Shown: positions 20,301 to 29,926, counted from the stretch's first letter. The stretch: DNA of 64,000 nt from an uncultured Clostridia bacterium (GCA_934120675.1 CAKOUU010000001.1:17926-81925), one strand, 5' to 3'. A program made the numbers and translations. The notes: generated by a model not told the origin, from the letters alone.

Positions 20301-22883
20301 ATATTGTGGATATGCTGTTCTTATATTCTCATTTGACCAATATTTTTTTGTATTTTCTGCTTGTGCAATCATAGACATTTTAACAATTTGTTCATTTATA
20401 TTTTCATCAAAATTACCTAATGTTAAATTAAATTTAATATTAGCTGTAGCTCCGACAGATAAAGAATCTAACTTGAATTTTAAAATACGATCATTGTAAG
20501 ATTTTTCTATTAGTTTTGAATTATCATCGGTTCCCAAATACTCAATATTATAATTCATTTCTTTTTGAAATTCTATGCTATTTACCTCAATATTTTTTAA
20601 TTCATGATCACTCATATTCTTTATAAAAACATCATAATAAAATGAATCTGGTTGATCTCTACCTATATAAGATTTTACTTCAATATTTAATTCTGCCTTT
20701 TTTACAACATTGTTCAAAGTATCTTCTTGAATTTTATTATTATTTACAACAGTCTTAATTTTATTGCTAATATTATTTTCTATTGTTCCTCCTTCAAGAT
20801 TTTTTACAACAACTTCATAACTTTCTTCTTTTGTTTCCCCAGCTTTCAAATCTGTAATACTATTAAATACATATTCTTTAACATTTTCGTTTTTTACATA
20901 TTCATAGTTTTCCCCCCAATAAGTTCCTCTATCTATTGTGGCGTATGCTGTTCCATCAGGTACCTCACCTGAAATTTTTATTCCTGTAACATCTTTTTGA
21001 GTATTGTTTGTTACTTTAACAGTGTATTTTATTACCTGTTCCTCATATACAGTATCACCATCATTCAATATTTGACTTCCAACTTGTGCCTTTGAATTAA
21101 TTGATATATCAACATTTTCTTCTTCAGCACTTTGTGATAAAACATTTCTTGTATTATCGTTTGTAATTGAATTAATTTTTACTTGTCCTTCTCTTGTTTC
21201 TATTTCTTTTCCATTATTATAATATGTTAAACCAACTGGTACATCATTTGTTTCAGCATCTTTGCTTATAATTACTGTTGCCGGTATAACAACATTAGCC
21301 CCAGCTACAATAGAATTCAAGCAATATTTGTTTTGTGTTCCATTTAATTCAATATTTAAAATTTTATAGCCTTTTTGCTCAATAACTTTTGCATTTTTTA
21401 TATTTAAGCTATTGCCATATAATAATGCTACATCTCCTAAAATTACTTTTTCAACTTCCTGTGGTAATTTTATTTGAATTACAGGGTTACTAAACAATTC
21501 ATATTCTGGACCATTTGTAACTAATGTTGCTGTAAAAGTAACATCATTTTGAACATTATTAGTCCAATTAGCATTATCAACAGATAATTCTACATCTGAC
21601 TTAGCATCTTTAACATCTGCTAAATTGCTATTTTCAAAATTATAAAATTCTACCTGTTTTACTGTTTCAACATCTTTTGATTCTCCAGTACTTTCATCAA
21701 TAACCTTTTCAGTCTTTTTAACATTATTTATGCAAGAAATCTGATTTTTTGTTTCAACTTTTGTAACATCAGCATCTTTCATCGTTTCTTTGATTTGTTT
21801 AACATTTTGAACATTAATTTCACCAATTTTTTCAGGTTTGCTCAATTTAAATGTTAACTCTGTTAATTCATTTTCATAATTAACTGTAACATATCCATTT
21901 TCATCAGTTTCAGAATCCTTATTAATTTCTGTTAAACAATTGCCATCTTTATCGAAAATTTGTAAAGTTCCATTTTCACCAAGTTCATTTAAAACCTCGT
22001 CTTTACTAATTTTTGTACTTTTGTACACTATCTCTTCTGTTTCTATTTCTTTATCTTTATTATTTACAAATAAATTTTTTGTATTTATTTTAACTTCATC
22101 AGCAATTTCTTTGTAACTAACTTGAATGTTTAAATTTTCTGTATATTCAGTTCTATATGTTGTATTATTTTTGACATTTGAACGAATATATCCATTATAA
22201 ATATCACTTGTTGTAACATTTGTAGAAATTAACCCTGATACATTTTCTGTAACTTCAAATTTTTGAGAAATATCTTGAGTTTTAATCGTTTTATTATCAT
22301 CTTTCTTTAAACCAATATATAGTTTTCCAGAAAAATCTAATTCACGTTTTTCATTTTTATCATTATAGCAATTTGAACTATAATATAAATTTATTTGATA
22401 TTCATCTCTTGCATCTGCAACGTTTTCAGAATATACATTTCCATTTTCATCTGCTTTATTTTCAGTAATTAATTTAATTTCTCCATTGTCTTTGTTATAA
22501 GAACAATTAAAATCTTTTCCCTTTTCATCTCCATTTGTTAATTTTGTTGATTTTACAACAACTTCAACTTTTTCTGGATATTCTTCATTGACCTTAGGAG
22601 TTTTTAAAATAACATTTGTTGCTTCTATTGGTACATGTTCTTGTCCATCTTGATATTCAATTCCAGTTTTCAAATTAGCTTGAACCATTAATCCAGGAGT
22701 ATCTCCAACTTTGTAATTAACATACTTCTCTAGATTTAATTCATATATTGCATTAATTTTTGACTCATCTATAATACTTTGCACTGCATCTATTGCTGTA
22801 GATATTACAAGCATTAATGAACTATTAATTAGCATCATCATTATAACTAAAATTGAAATTATTTTTGCAATTAGATTTTTCAT
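14355..22883 (-). CDS. Giant cell-surface protein (2842 aa): DUF11-like and SdrD-B/Cna-B/SpaA-like repeats, two sorting-signal-like segments
   Basis: Signal peptide, TIGR01451-like repeats (VKYTVKVTNNTQKDVTGIKISGEVPDGT), SdrD-B-like GTVWVDSNKNGQRDSGE, and SpaA/Cna-B-like GQIEVIKKDKDTGAVLNNAKIRLT...GKYKVEEISTPSGY. The C-terminus is PPTG plus a TM segment plus KK. An internal SVKTG plus TM plus KKYK is followed by a signal-peptide-like segment. Confidence 0.85.
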   Translation of the reverse strand: MKNLIAKIISILVIMMMLINSSLMLVISTAIDAVQSIIDESKINAIYELNLEKYVNYKVGDTPGLMVQANLKTGIEYQDGQEHVPIEATNVILKTPKVNEEYPEKVEVVVKSTKLTNGDEKGKDFNCSYNKDNGEIKLITENKADENGNVYSENVADARDEYQINLYYSSNCYNDKNEKRELDFSGKLYIGLKKDDNKTIKTQDISQKFEVTENVSGLISTNVTTSDIYNGYIRSNVKNNTTYRTEYTENLNIQVSYKEIADEVKINTKNLFVNNKDKEIETEEIVYKSTKISKDEVLNELGENGTLQIFDKDGNCLTEINKDSETDENGYVTVNYENELTELTFKLSKPEKIGEINVQNVKQIKETMKDADVTKVETKNQISCINNVKKTEKVIDESTGESKDVETVKQVEFYNFENSNLADVKDAKSDVELSVDNANWTNNVQNDVTFTATLVTNGPEYELFSNPVIQIKLPQEVEKVILGDVALLYGNSLNIKNAKVIEQKGYKILNIELNGTQNKYCLNSIVAGANVVIPATVIISKDAETNDVPVGLTYYNNGKEIETREGQVKINSITNDNTRNVLSQSAEEENVDISINSKAQVGSQILNDGDTVYEEQVIKYTVKVTNNTQKDVTGIKISGEVPDGTAYATIDRGTYWGENYEYVKNENVKEYVFNSITDLKAGETKEESYEVVVKNLEGGTIENNISNKIKTVVNNNKIQEDTLNNVVKKAELNIEVKSYIGRDQPDSFYYDVFIKNMSDHELKNIEVNSIEFQKEMNYNIEYLGTDDNSKLIEKSYNDRILKFKLDSLSVGATANIKFNLTLGNFDENINEQIVKMSMIAQAENTKKYWSNENIRTAYPQYVTITQSCEKEGEKLKYGEEIEYKVNVKNESKTRVYVNVQDYLPDGLEGISAEYDKYVLKESNHVYTEYDINEEENLQCDRVKETINLQYQVNGKTGFDSTVLIPAGKTLNFVIKAKAGFVTETKEVSNFATVYGDYITSKTSNIIKVYVLANDEDSTPDPDNPNNPDNPDNPDSPDNPDNPNPTPGDDKTYDISGTVWVDSNKNGQRDSGEQLLSDVIIKLYDADSNAIVKKKDGTNTIIKTNSNGKYDFTNVKKGNYLVLFEFDTGKYAITDYKKNGVREEINSDAILKSVAIDGEEKSVGLTDKLSVKNSNIENIDLGLVEKEEFDMSLNKSILNLKLTYDGTEKEYNYNESKLVKVEIPAKKIDGASIEVEYQLEIKNEGNADGYVNEIVDYIPEGFTFDSSKNSGWTKKGTNMVIYNGISGIVIKTGESKKIILYLTRSLTSNTIGTLTNKTEINKCISVNGTKDIDSTEGNKNESEDDFSQAQVIISVKTGIVRNILIFIIILLVILFSVYMVKKYKFKGTIMFLFVLIMGSGCIFNQVLALDIRVCCITDKTRNFHADDGEENHAHRYYCIDSGHPQCGKAAHYYTYLRSSSNKTGSSGPTLQKSISISTQDSNNISISQQSNGYCRVGPYKVSVNYGGKISISGSATKTDGTKYDFFAGGSDNTQSGNIVTSGIEKINYFNVADNGTYSFYVYVDNSTTKINDVKVTVDVDGVYGYSEWGTTATTYYCSSVAAGGKKTHNGRSCKETDGGADYTLKGTSFACQRMRINGTYSNSWTSAGSTSTNFGSKDLVGQIEVIKKDKDTGAVLNNAKIRLTKPGGGTEEKLTDGSGKVTFSNLLAGKYKVEEISTPSGYNLGLQDDSDKKKDITVTAGKTEKTELKNKQYGNLKVIKKDEDTGNTSLGEIKLSGVQFKLYVLKNNTKYYLKETSPNKYSYSDFSETDKNKAKTLTTDSNAQFEVDNLPVYEGKNKITYYIEEYALPDNLSEYYKIKTDPDTIQLVNGTTQTKDIKNKQIYLDVSGYVWEDTIDKNKQSTRNDLYDADRNETLINGITVRLKNTKSETLQTTTTGSQGEYMFRKVKIDELSDYYIEFEYNGLKYQNVTKKLDKDNGSKAVENTTLRTDFNNSYSTISGGNEKNSSGTKGYSLDQNGNITNSLVYTNGTYSSSLVPNTAYTAGSTKNSVIPQDGSTGASIKANTKDAEYSLDKWKAGVTEIKDVNLGIALRNQPDIAIATDLNNMHMTINGYEHTYNFGQRAKYINAGLPNNELNSAYDSLLDGFNVSVKNNQGNYRDVTYSRGIYDSYIAFTKDNPDDEARLKIYLTYQISLKNESSIPFVKVKGLRNYSDSQLEFIDSYIEDGTNTDKKVTWSKVGTTNDSVRNIWQSGEVDTFIEPGKMATVYLTYELNTNAIISLADLQANGGEVYVVGNTTEITAYSSYDSNKNAYAGIDTDSAPENISYGDISTYEDDTDSTPDLHIKRKTPKSISGLVFEDEANLTLTKERIGDGKYEQGNNGVNDVKVELVNFDNGSDYSDANVITLYTLGDGGNVIKTPADTKTTSDGRFEFVGIIPGEYVTKYTYGKKGDMQSKIITKNVTTQDYKSTIITNDKFKQAVQNRSEYWYQDTELENCSSALDDWNRRSAINQNLKYNSYTVKDNYDNNSDAESNHYMIATTGKMTFPIEDKKDQTTNYDYVEPSRIYNIKFGIVERPRQSLEVNKEISYIKLTLQNGTVLVEGDPRTTTMNYVTYPQNGILKVEADNNLIQGSTLQVEYTISVKNKSETDYNTESYYKYGTPGNTPVSLTVNSIVDYMDEGLISPYNESSPDWKLKEGVNIKNSLSQKAYDVIKNRKNILLNEWNKEIRQNETQYLKVEASKIVSASDDNLYENYTEILSSTSDVGRFYGEEINGSWKNYTPGNYDLTNDTHESDDNGYDHISRATLTIVPPTGSDNHVIYYIIGISCLIVIAGGVVIIKKFVL
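19751..19832 (-). repeat. 9-nt tandem coding repeat (PDN/PDS linker)
   Basis: Plus-strand units cggattatc / tggattatc encode PDPDNPNNPDNPDNPDSPDNPDNPNPTP. Confidence 0.8.
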
Positions 22884-23004
22884 ATAAATCTCATTCCCTC
22901 CTAAGGCTTTTATTTACACTTTTCGACATTTTGCCTTATTATAATTGTAAATAAATTTTTTTCTTTATTCAATAGGCTTTTTAGAGGCTTAAATTTATAT
23001 TACA

Positions 23005-23040
23005 AAAAGGTACTTCCACCTTACTAGGGAAGCACCTTTT
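23005..23040 (-). terminator. Terminator downstream of ttcA-like gene
   Basis: AAAAGGTACTTCC ... GGAAGCACCTTTT stem (one mismatch) with a T-run on the minus strand. Confidence 0.6.
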
Positions 23041-23131
23041 CGCAGTTTTTTTCTTACTATTTTAAGTTTTTATTACATTTTTGTTACAATACAATTTTAA
23101 GGCCTAAATTATATATTTTCAAACCTAAATC

Positions 23132-23836
23132 TTATTTCCAGTCTGGCAAATTTCTCTTTATTGCTCCAAATAAATTTGCTCTAATCATAGGAATTTCTTT
23201 TTGAAGAGAAAAAATCATCTGTTTCATATCTTCTCTTTTAGAAGTTCCATCCATTGGACAAACCTTAGGCATAACTTTCAAATTATTTTTTTTCACAAAT
23301 CTTCTTGTTTCTTTTTCTGGTGTATATATTAATGGCCTTATTAATGTTATTCCTGTCCTATCCATATAACTAACTGGAGAAAATGTTCCAATACTTCCTG
23401 TATAAAACAAATTAAGCAAAAAAGTTTCTAAAACATCATCTTCGTTATGCCCTAATGCAATCTTATTACATCCCTCGCGCACAGCAATTGAATTTATTAC
23501 TCCTCTACGCAAATTAGCGCATAAAGAACATGGATTTTTTTCTTTTCTTATTTCAAATACAATTTCCTGTGCATGACTATTTTCTATAAATAATGGTATT
23601 TCCAATTTGTCACACATTTCTTGTAATAAGCTTGTATCAAAAAATTCAAATCCAGGATTTATACTTATTGCTATTATATCAAATTTTTTTGGATAAAATC
23701 TTTGTAAGGCTTTAAATGCATGTAACATTGTTATTGAATCTTTTCCACCTGAAAGACAAATTGCTATTTTGTCATTTTCTTCTATCATATTATAATCTTC
23801 TATTGCTTTTCTCATATGACTTAATATTCTTTGCAT
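23132..23836 (-). CDS. ttcA: PP-loop ATPase, TtcA-family tRNA 2-thiocytidine synthetase-like
   Basis: SGGKDS PP-loop and a CSLCANLRRG motif. Confidence 0.75.
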   Translation of the reverse strand: MQRILSHMRKAIEDYNMIEENDKIAICLSGGKDSITMLHAFKALQRFYPKKFDIIAISINPGFEFFDTSLLQEMCDKLEIPLFIENSHAQEIVFEIRKEKNPCSLCANLRRGVINSIAVREGCNKIALGHNEDDVLETFLLNLFYTGSIGTFSPVSYMDRTGITLIRPLIYTPEKETRRFVKKNNLKVMPKVCPMDGTSKREDMKQMIFSLQKEIPMIRANLFGAIKRNLPDWK

Positions 23837-23841
23837 AATCT

Positions 23842-25578
23842 TTAATTTCCTTTAACTAATTTTACCATTGCATCTTTTAAATTCTCTAAACTATTTGTTG
23901 CATCTTCTTCACCTTTACCTTTAACACCAAAATACAATTTGATTTTTGGCTCTGTTCCAGATGGACGAACACAACACCATGCATTATTTTCCAATTGATA
24001 ATATAAAACATTTGATTTAGGTAATCCTGTTTTACTTTCTGCACCTGTAATCATATCTTTTATGTAATCTTTTTCAACATCTTTAAATGTTAAAACTCTG
24101 TAGTCTCCAATATTTTCAACATCTCTATTTCTCATTTCTGTCATCATTTCTTTTATTTTTTCAGCACCCTCAGCACCTTCCAAAACAATTGAAACTTGAT
24201 CTTCTTTGTAGAATCCATATTTTTTATAAATGTTGTTCATTTGATCCCATAATGTTTCATTGTTTGCTCTGTAGTAACATGCAGCTTCACATAGTGCCAT
24301 TACAGCAGCAATACCATCTTTATCTCTTGCATAGTCACCTATTAAGCAACCATAACTTTCTTCAAATCCAAATACATATTTATCTCCATCTGTTTTTTCT
24401 TCTTCTCTTTTCATGATAGCACCAATATTTTTAAATCCTGTTAAAACTTCAAAACATTCTAATTCGTAGTTTGAAGCAATTGCTTTAGCTAAATCTGAAG
24501 AAACTATTGTTGTAATAAACATTCCTTTTTTAGGTAAAATTTCTTTTTCTTTCATTTGAGAAATTCTATATTCAGCAATTAATAACGCAGACATATTTCC
24601 TGTATATGTCATATATTCACCAGTTTTTGTATCTTTAGCATAAATTCCTAATCTATCTGCATCAGGATCTGTTGCTAAAACTACATCTGCATCTACTTTT
24701 TTAGCCAATTCAAGTGCTAATTTAAATGCTTTTTTATCTTCTGGGTTTGGATAATCAACAGTTGGGAAATTACCATCTGGTTCTTTTTGTTCTGGAACAA
24801 CATATAAATTTTGTATTCCTATTTCTTTTAAAAGTCTTTCTGCAACTGTATTTCCTGTTCCATGTAATGGTGTATAAACAACTTTTAAGTCCTTACCTTG
24901 TTCTTTTACAATTTCAGGATTTAATATTAAAGATTTTAAAGTATTAATATATTTGTCATCCATTTCTGTTCCAACAACATTAAATAAACCTTTTTCAATT
25001 GCTTCTTCTTTTGAAATTTCTTTAATTTCACTATATTCTGTAACGGCTCTTACTTTTGCAATTATATCTTTATCTCTTGGAGCAACTATTTGCGCACCAT
25101 CATCCCAGTAAACTTTGTATCCATTGTATTTTGGAGGATTATGACTTGCTGTAATCATAACACCTGCTGTACATTTTAATTCTCTAACTGCAAATGATAA
25201 TTCTGGTACAGGTCTTAAATTTTCAAATAGATATGTTTTTATTCCATTTGCATTTAAAATTAATGCTGTTTGTAAACTAAATTCTTTTGACATTCTTCTT
25301 GAATCATAGCTTATAGCAACTCCTTTATCTTGTGTTCCTTGTTCTATTATGTAATTTGCAAGTCCTTGTGTTGCCTTTCCAACTGTATATTTATTCATTC
25401 TATTTGTTCCAGCTCCAATTACACCTCTTAATCCTGCTGTTCCAAATTCTAGTTCTTTGTAAAATCTGTCTTCTATTTCTTTTTCGTCATCTTTTATTCC
25501 TAATAATTCTTTTTTTGTTTCTTCGTCAAAATCTGGACTTTCGCACCATTTTTTGTATTCTTCTAAATAATTTTTCAT
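23842..25578 (-). CDS. Phosphoglucomutase / phosphomannomutase (alpha-D-phosphohexomutase)
   Basis: Active-site TASHNPPKYNGYK and metal loop DPDADR. The start at 25578 (MKNYLEEYKKW) follows an AGGA SD. Confidence 0.9.
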   Translation of the reverse strand: MKNYLEEYKKWCESPDFDEETKKELLGIKDDEKEIEDRFYKELEFGTAGLRGVIGAGTNRMNKYTVGKATQGLANYIIEQGTQDKGVAISYDSRRMSKEFSLQTALILNANGIKTYLFENLRPVPELSFAVRELKCTAGVMITASHNPPKYNGYKVYWDDGAQIVAPRDKDIIAKVRAVTEYSEIKEISKEEAIEKGLFNVVGTEMDDKYINTLKSLILNPEIVKEQGKDLKVVYTPLHGTGNTVAERLLKEIGIQNLYVVPEQKEPDGNFPTVDYPNPEDKKAFKLALELAKKVDADVVLATDPDADRLGIYAKDTKTGEYMTYTGNMSALLIAEYRISQMKEKEILPKKGMFITTIVSSDLAKAIASNYELECFEVLTGFKNIGAIMKREEEKTDGDKYVFGFEESYGCLIGDYARDKDGIAAVMALCEAACYYRANNETLWDQMNNIYKKYGFYKEDQVSIVLEGAEGAEKIKEMMTEMRNRDVENIGDYRVLTFKDVEKDYIKDMITGAESKTGLPKSNVLYYQLENNAWCCVRPSGTEPKIKLYFGVKGKGEEDATNSLENLKDAMVKLVKGN

Positions 25579-25741
25579 TTTATCAATCCTTTCTTTTCTG
25601 TCATTAGGGACGCCCCTTTTTGACAAATTTTTTTGATATGCTTATAATAACACTATTTATAAAATAAATAAAGAGTTTTTAGAAAAATATTTGACAAGTA
25701 AAAAAAATAGAGCAAGTCATTTACTAACCTACTCTTCTATT

Positions 25742-26992
25742 TTATCTCAAATGATGAAAATCTTCATATAATTTTCTAGCAGTGCTTGGGCAATCAACTC
25801 CAGCACTATCAGCATTTTTAACAGGCGCAAATTCTTCTTCTCTCTTAACTCTAAGAATTGCCATATCATCAACCTCACCAAAAGCATCAAATAAGAAAGC
25901 CTCAAATTTATATGCATTTGGAGAATCAGGAACTACCAAATTTCCATCTTTACCAATATATTTAGCCTTTTTAAAAGCACTATGGTATGGTAATGGTGTT
26001 TGACCCATTCTTTCCACTGCATCAATACTAAACAAATTACAAAGAATATGTGATTCACCATATAAAAGTTCACCATTTTCATCTGTTGCTTCTGCCATAT
26101 CATCAGTAATTTCTGAATATTCTATAACACCTGGTTTTCCATTTCTTTTGCAGAAAACACCAACTTTTTCATGCGGATTTGCTTTAACAATTGATTTACA
26201 AGCAACTGTAACACCTTTATCAATAGCAATACCCATAAGTACTGGGTCTACCATTTTTACAAGGCAGTTATCAACTCCACCTATAAATACCCATTCTACG
26301 CCAAGTTGTCTCATTTTTTCTGTCATACCACTTTTTACTAATGATTCATAAATTCCACCATGTCCATCAGCGGCTTGTTTTATTAAACCATCTTCACCAA
26401 TTAATATTTTTCCTTCTGTATCTACCATTGGTAGTTCACCTTGAATAAAGAAAAATATATTTTTATCTTTTTGATATCCAAAGAATTTATTTTTTTCAAA
26501 GAAGTCAACTGTCTCTTCATTATTTTCTCTACTTGTCATTATAAACCATGGTATAGTAACATCATATTTTTTTCCTGCTTCTTTTAAGCCATCACTTAAT
26601 AATTCAAACAATGACTTATGTGAGTCTAAACCAATATCATAAGTACCTTTTGGTCCATTATGTCCAAGTCTTGTACCTTGTCCACCAGCCATAGTAACTG
26701 CTGCAAGTTTTCCTTCTTGAATAGCATGTTTTCCTATATTCTCATAATATTTATAATTATCATATAATTTATTTTTATCCAAATATTCCATTGGTTCAAT
26801 TACATCATTATTTTCTGAATCACCTTTTGTTGTATTATCATAAAGGCTTTTTATTAATTCAAAATCAATATTCAAAATTTGTTCTAATAATTGTTCTTTC
26901 TTTTTTTCTTCTAAATTATCATAACCATTTAATAAATGTTCTTGATTATATTTTTTTAATATAGCTTTTGCTTCTTCTAATGCATTTTCCAT
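25742..26992 (-). CDS. UDP-sugar / UDP-N-acetylglucosamine pyrophosphorylase (UDPGP family, eukaryote-type)
   Basis: MAGGQGTRLGHNGPKGT motif. The start at 26992 (MENALEEAK) follows GAAAGGAAG. Confidence 0.8.
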   Translation of the reverse strand: MENALEEAKAILKKYNQEHLLNGYDNLEEKKKEQLLEQILNIDFELIKSLYDNTTKGDSENNDVIEPMEYLDKNKLYDNYKYYENIGKHAIQEGKLAAVTMAGGQGTRLGHNGPKGTYDIGLDSHKSLFELLSDGLKEAGKKYDVTIPWFIMTSRENNEETVDFFEKNKFFGYQKDKNIFFFIQGELPMVDTEGKILIGEDGLIKQAADGHGGIYESLVKSGMTEKMRQLGVEWVFIGGVDNCLVKMVDPVLMGIAIDKGVTVACKSIVKANPHEKVGVFCKRNGKPGVIEYSEITDDMAEATDENGELLYGESHILCNLFSIDAVERMGQTPLPYHSAFKKAKYIGKDGNLVVPDSPNAYKFEAFLFDAFGEVDDMAILRVKREEEFAPVKNADSAGVDCPSTARKLYEDFHHLR

Positions 26993-27091
26993 AACTTTTC
27001 TTCCTTTCAATAGCACTATTAATATTACAATTTATTCTGTAATCTATACTTTATACTATTTAAATAAATTAATCAAGTATTTTTTAAAATT

Positions 27092-27562
27092 TTATATCAT
27101 TTTTTCCACTCCAGAAGAAAATAAAACATTATCATATTGTTTTGCTATTTCTCCAGCATTATTCTGTACTTCATTAATATCGTAGCAATCAACTATTTCT
27201 ACATTTTTTAAATTTGTCCAATTCTCAATATTTTTATTCATATTATTTATATAATTTTCTCTTCCTTTTACAAATATTAATAACTCTTTTCCATCTTTGT
27301 CAGCATTTTTTACTTCTTTAAATTTATTTAACTCGTCATTTTTCCAGTCTATTTTATTTAATCTGTTTTTTTCTTCTTCATTTAAATTTATACTTGATAT
27401 TACTTTATTCACACTATTTCCTAAATCATTTTCTGTCATTATTACTACATCTTTATTTTTCTTTAAGTTTTCATTAATATAAGGTAAACTTATCATTTCA
27501 AAATGATAATCACTTGCAAAAAACAAGCATAATTTTTCTTCTCTTTTGTTTTCTTTCATCAT
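27092..27562 (-). CDS. Hypothetical protein
   Basis: 156-aa ORF with no recognised motif. Confidence 0.45.
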   Translation of the reverse strand: MMKENKREEKLCLFFASDYHFEMISLPYINENLKKNKDVVIMTENDLGNSVNKVISSINLNEEEKNRLNKIDWKNDELNKFKEVKNADKDGKELLIFVKGRENYINNMNKNIENWTNLKNVEIVDCYDINEVQNNAGEIAKQYDNVLFSSGVEKMI

Positions 27563-27663
27563 AAGAATATCAACCCTTTCATTTCTATAAAGATTTTTTC
27601 TTTAGAGTAATCCCACTTCTGGGTACTGGTAAATTTTACCATTTATTTTTTTAGATGTCAACA

Positions 27664-27707
27664 ATATTTCAAAAATATTTCAAAAATATTTCAATTATAT
27701 TTCAAAA
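27664..27707. repeat. Four in-phase 11-bp direct repeats (ATATTTCAAAA)
   Basis: Units at 27664, 27675, 27686 (ATATTTCAATT) and 27697. A fifth, degenerate copy is at 27711. The repeats lie in the divergent intergenic region upstream of spoIIR. Confidence 0.8.
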
Positions 27708-27855
27708 TTTGCATTTCAAATATAATTAAATTTAGTAGTAAATTTTTTGATTAATACTAAAATATTTAAATTTTCAAAAAATGTATAAATTTATCTAAAA
27801 TGTAAACAATTAAATTAAAGAATATTTTACAAAAAAAGTTTATTGGAGGTAACAT

Positions 27856-28521
27856 ATGAAAAAATTTTTAAACAATATCAAAAATTCCAAAATTGGAATA
27901 TCAATTACATTAATATTACTTTTATTTATATATACAACAATAAATGCTATCTCATATGTAGAAGCAGTATCAACAGACATAAGCGATAGTGTTTTCAGAT
28001 TACATGTAATTGCAAATAGTGATAGTAACGAAGACCAAGCTTTAAAATATAAAGTAAGAGATAACCTATTAAAATATATGAATAATATATGTAGAAATTG
28101 TGCTTCAAAACAAGAAGCTATAAACCTAGTAACAGAACATCAAGAAGAATTCAAACAAGTTGCATTAGATACTATTAAAAAAGAAGGATATTCTTATAAC
28201 GTAAAAATAAATATAGGAAATTTCGAATTCCCTACAAAGCAATATGGTGATATTTCACTCCCTGCTGGTTATTATGATGCTTTACGAGTAGAAATTGGAG
28301 AAGCAAAAGGTAGAAATTGGTGGTGTGTAATGTTCCCTTCATTATGTTTCATAGATGTTTCTTCAGGAATTGTTCCAGAAGAGTCTAAAGAAGAATTGCA
28401 AAATATTTTATCAGATGAAGAATATTCTATAATATCAGATAATTCTGACAATGGAATTAAGTTTAAATTTAAATTAATTGAATTCTTTGCAAATAATGGC
28501 TTACTTACAGCTAAAAATTAA
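27856..28521 (+). CDS. spoIIR: Stage II sporulation protein R
   Basis: Signal anchor followed by VFRLHVIANSDSNEDQALKYKVRD and GRNWWCVMFPSLCF, both hallmark SpoIIR motifs. Confidence 0.9.
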   Translation: MKKFLNNIKNSKIGISITLILLLFIYTTINAISYVEAVSTDISDSVFRLHVIANSDSNEDQALKYKVRDNLLKYMNNICRNCASKQEAINLVTEHQEEFKQVALDTIKKEGYSYNVKINIGNFEFPTKQYGDISLPAGYYDALRVEIGEAKGRNWWCVMFPSLCFIDVSSGIVPEESKEELQNILSDEEYSIISDNSDNGIKFKFKLIEFFANNGLLTAKN

Positions 28522-28645
28522 ACTAATATTCTCATTATAAAATATTGATTTATCTGTACAAATATTATTCTAATACTTGCAATACTTTGCTCTTTATGTT
28601 ATATTTTAAGCATACAAAATATATTCATATTCAGGGGGAATTAAT

Positions 28646-29905
28646 TTGGAAAAATTAGTAATAACAGGACCAACACCTTTAAAAGGCGAAGTAGAAATAA
28701 GTGGAGCAAAGAATGCAGCAGTAGCAATATTACCAGCTACTTTATTAATAGATGGAATTTGTACTATAAACAATGTTCCAAATATAAGTGATGTCCAAAT
28801 TTTATGCAAAATTCTTGAACAAATGGGAGCAAAAATTAATTGGACAGATAAAAATGAATTAACAATTGATACAAGAAATATAACTACAACACAAGCACCT
28901 TTAGATTTAACTAGCAAATTTAGAGCTTCTTATTATTTAATAGGAGCAATGCTTGGTAGAACTGGAGATATCGAAGTAGGTATGCCAGGTGGTTGTAATT
29001 TAGGAGCAAGACCTATAGACCAACATATAAAAGGTTTCGAATTATTAGGAGCAAATGTTGAAGTCGGAAAAGGAACAATTACAGCAAAAGCAAAATGTCT
29101 AAATGGTGCACATATTTATATGGATGTTGTTTCAGTTGGAGCAACTATAAATATAATGTTAGCAAGTGTTCTAGCAAATGGAACTACAACTATAGATAAT
29201 GCTGCAAAAGAGCCTCATATAGTTGATGTTGCAAACTTCTTAAACACTATGGGTGCAGACATAAGAGGTGCAGGAACAGATGTAATAAAAATAAATGGTG
29301 TAGAAAAGTTACATGGAGACGCAACATACTCTGTTGTTCCAGACCAAATAGAAGCTGGTACATTTATGTTAGCAGCAATGGCTTCAAAAGGAGATTTACT
29401 TATAAAAAATTGTATAACAAAACATTTAGAGCCATTAACAGCAAAAATTCTAGAAATTGGTGGAAATGTTGAAGATAATGGAGATAGCATTAGAGTTTGG
29501 TACAGTAAAAGACCTAACAAAGCAACTATAAAAACATTACCTTACCCAGGATTTCCAACAGATTTACAACCTCAAATGGGCGTTGTTTTATCAACAGCAA
29601 ATGGTACAAGTATTATAAATGAAAGTATCTGGGAGTCAAGATTCCAATATACAGCTGAATTAAATAAAATGGGAGCAAAAATAACAGCTCAAGGCAAAAC
29701 AGCTATATTCGAAGGTGTTGATGAATTGTTTGGAGCTCCAGTATATTCAACAGATTTAAGAGCAGGAGCAGCATTAATAATTGCTGGCATATCTGCAAAT
29801 GGTATAACAGAAGTTTATAACTTAAAACATATCGATAGAGGATATGAAAACATAGAAGAAAAATTCAGAAAAATTGGTGCAAATATCCAAAGAGTAAATG
29901 AATAA
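28646..29905 (+). CDS. murA: UDP-N-acetylglucosamine 1-carboxyvinyltransferase
   Basis: TTG start after AGGGGGA. LVITGPTPLKGEVEISGAKNAA N-terminus, with the EPSP-synthase fold pattern throughout. Confidence 0.95.
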   Translation: MEKLVITGPTPLKGEVEISGAKNAAVAILPATLLIDGICTINNVPNISDVQILCKILEQMGAKINWTDKNELTIDTRNITTTQAPLDLTSKFRASYYLIGAMLGRTGDIEVGMPGGCNLGARPIDQHIKGFELLGANVEVGKGTITAKAKCLNGAHIYMDVVSVGATINIMLASVLANGTTTIDNAAKEPHIVDVANFLNTMGADIRGAGTDVIKINGVEKLHGDATYSVVPDQIEAGTFMLAAMASKGDLLIKNCITKHLEPLTAKILEIGGNVEDNGDSIRVWYSKRPNKATIKTLPYPGFPTDLQPQMGVVLSTANGTSIINESIWESRFQYTAELNKMGAKITAQGKTAIFEGVDELFGAPVYSTDLRAGAALIIAGISANGITEVYNLKHIDRGYENIEEKFRKIGANIQRVNE

Positions 29906-29926
29906 TTTTTAAAAAATATTGATTTG

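Noticed and set aside
22923-22929. Perfect Spo0A-box heptamers (TGTCGAA / TTCGACA) upstream of the giant adhesin gene, and another at 950-956.
   Set aside because: At this base composition I estimate several perfect heptamers per 64 kb by chance. Single boxes without clustering are not convincing.
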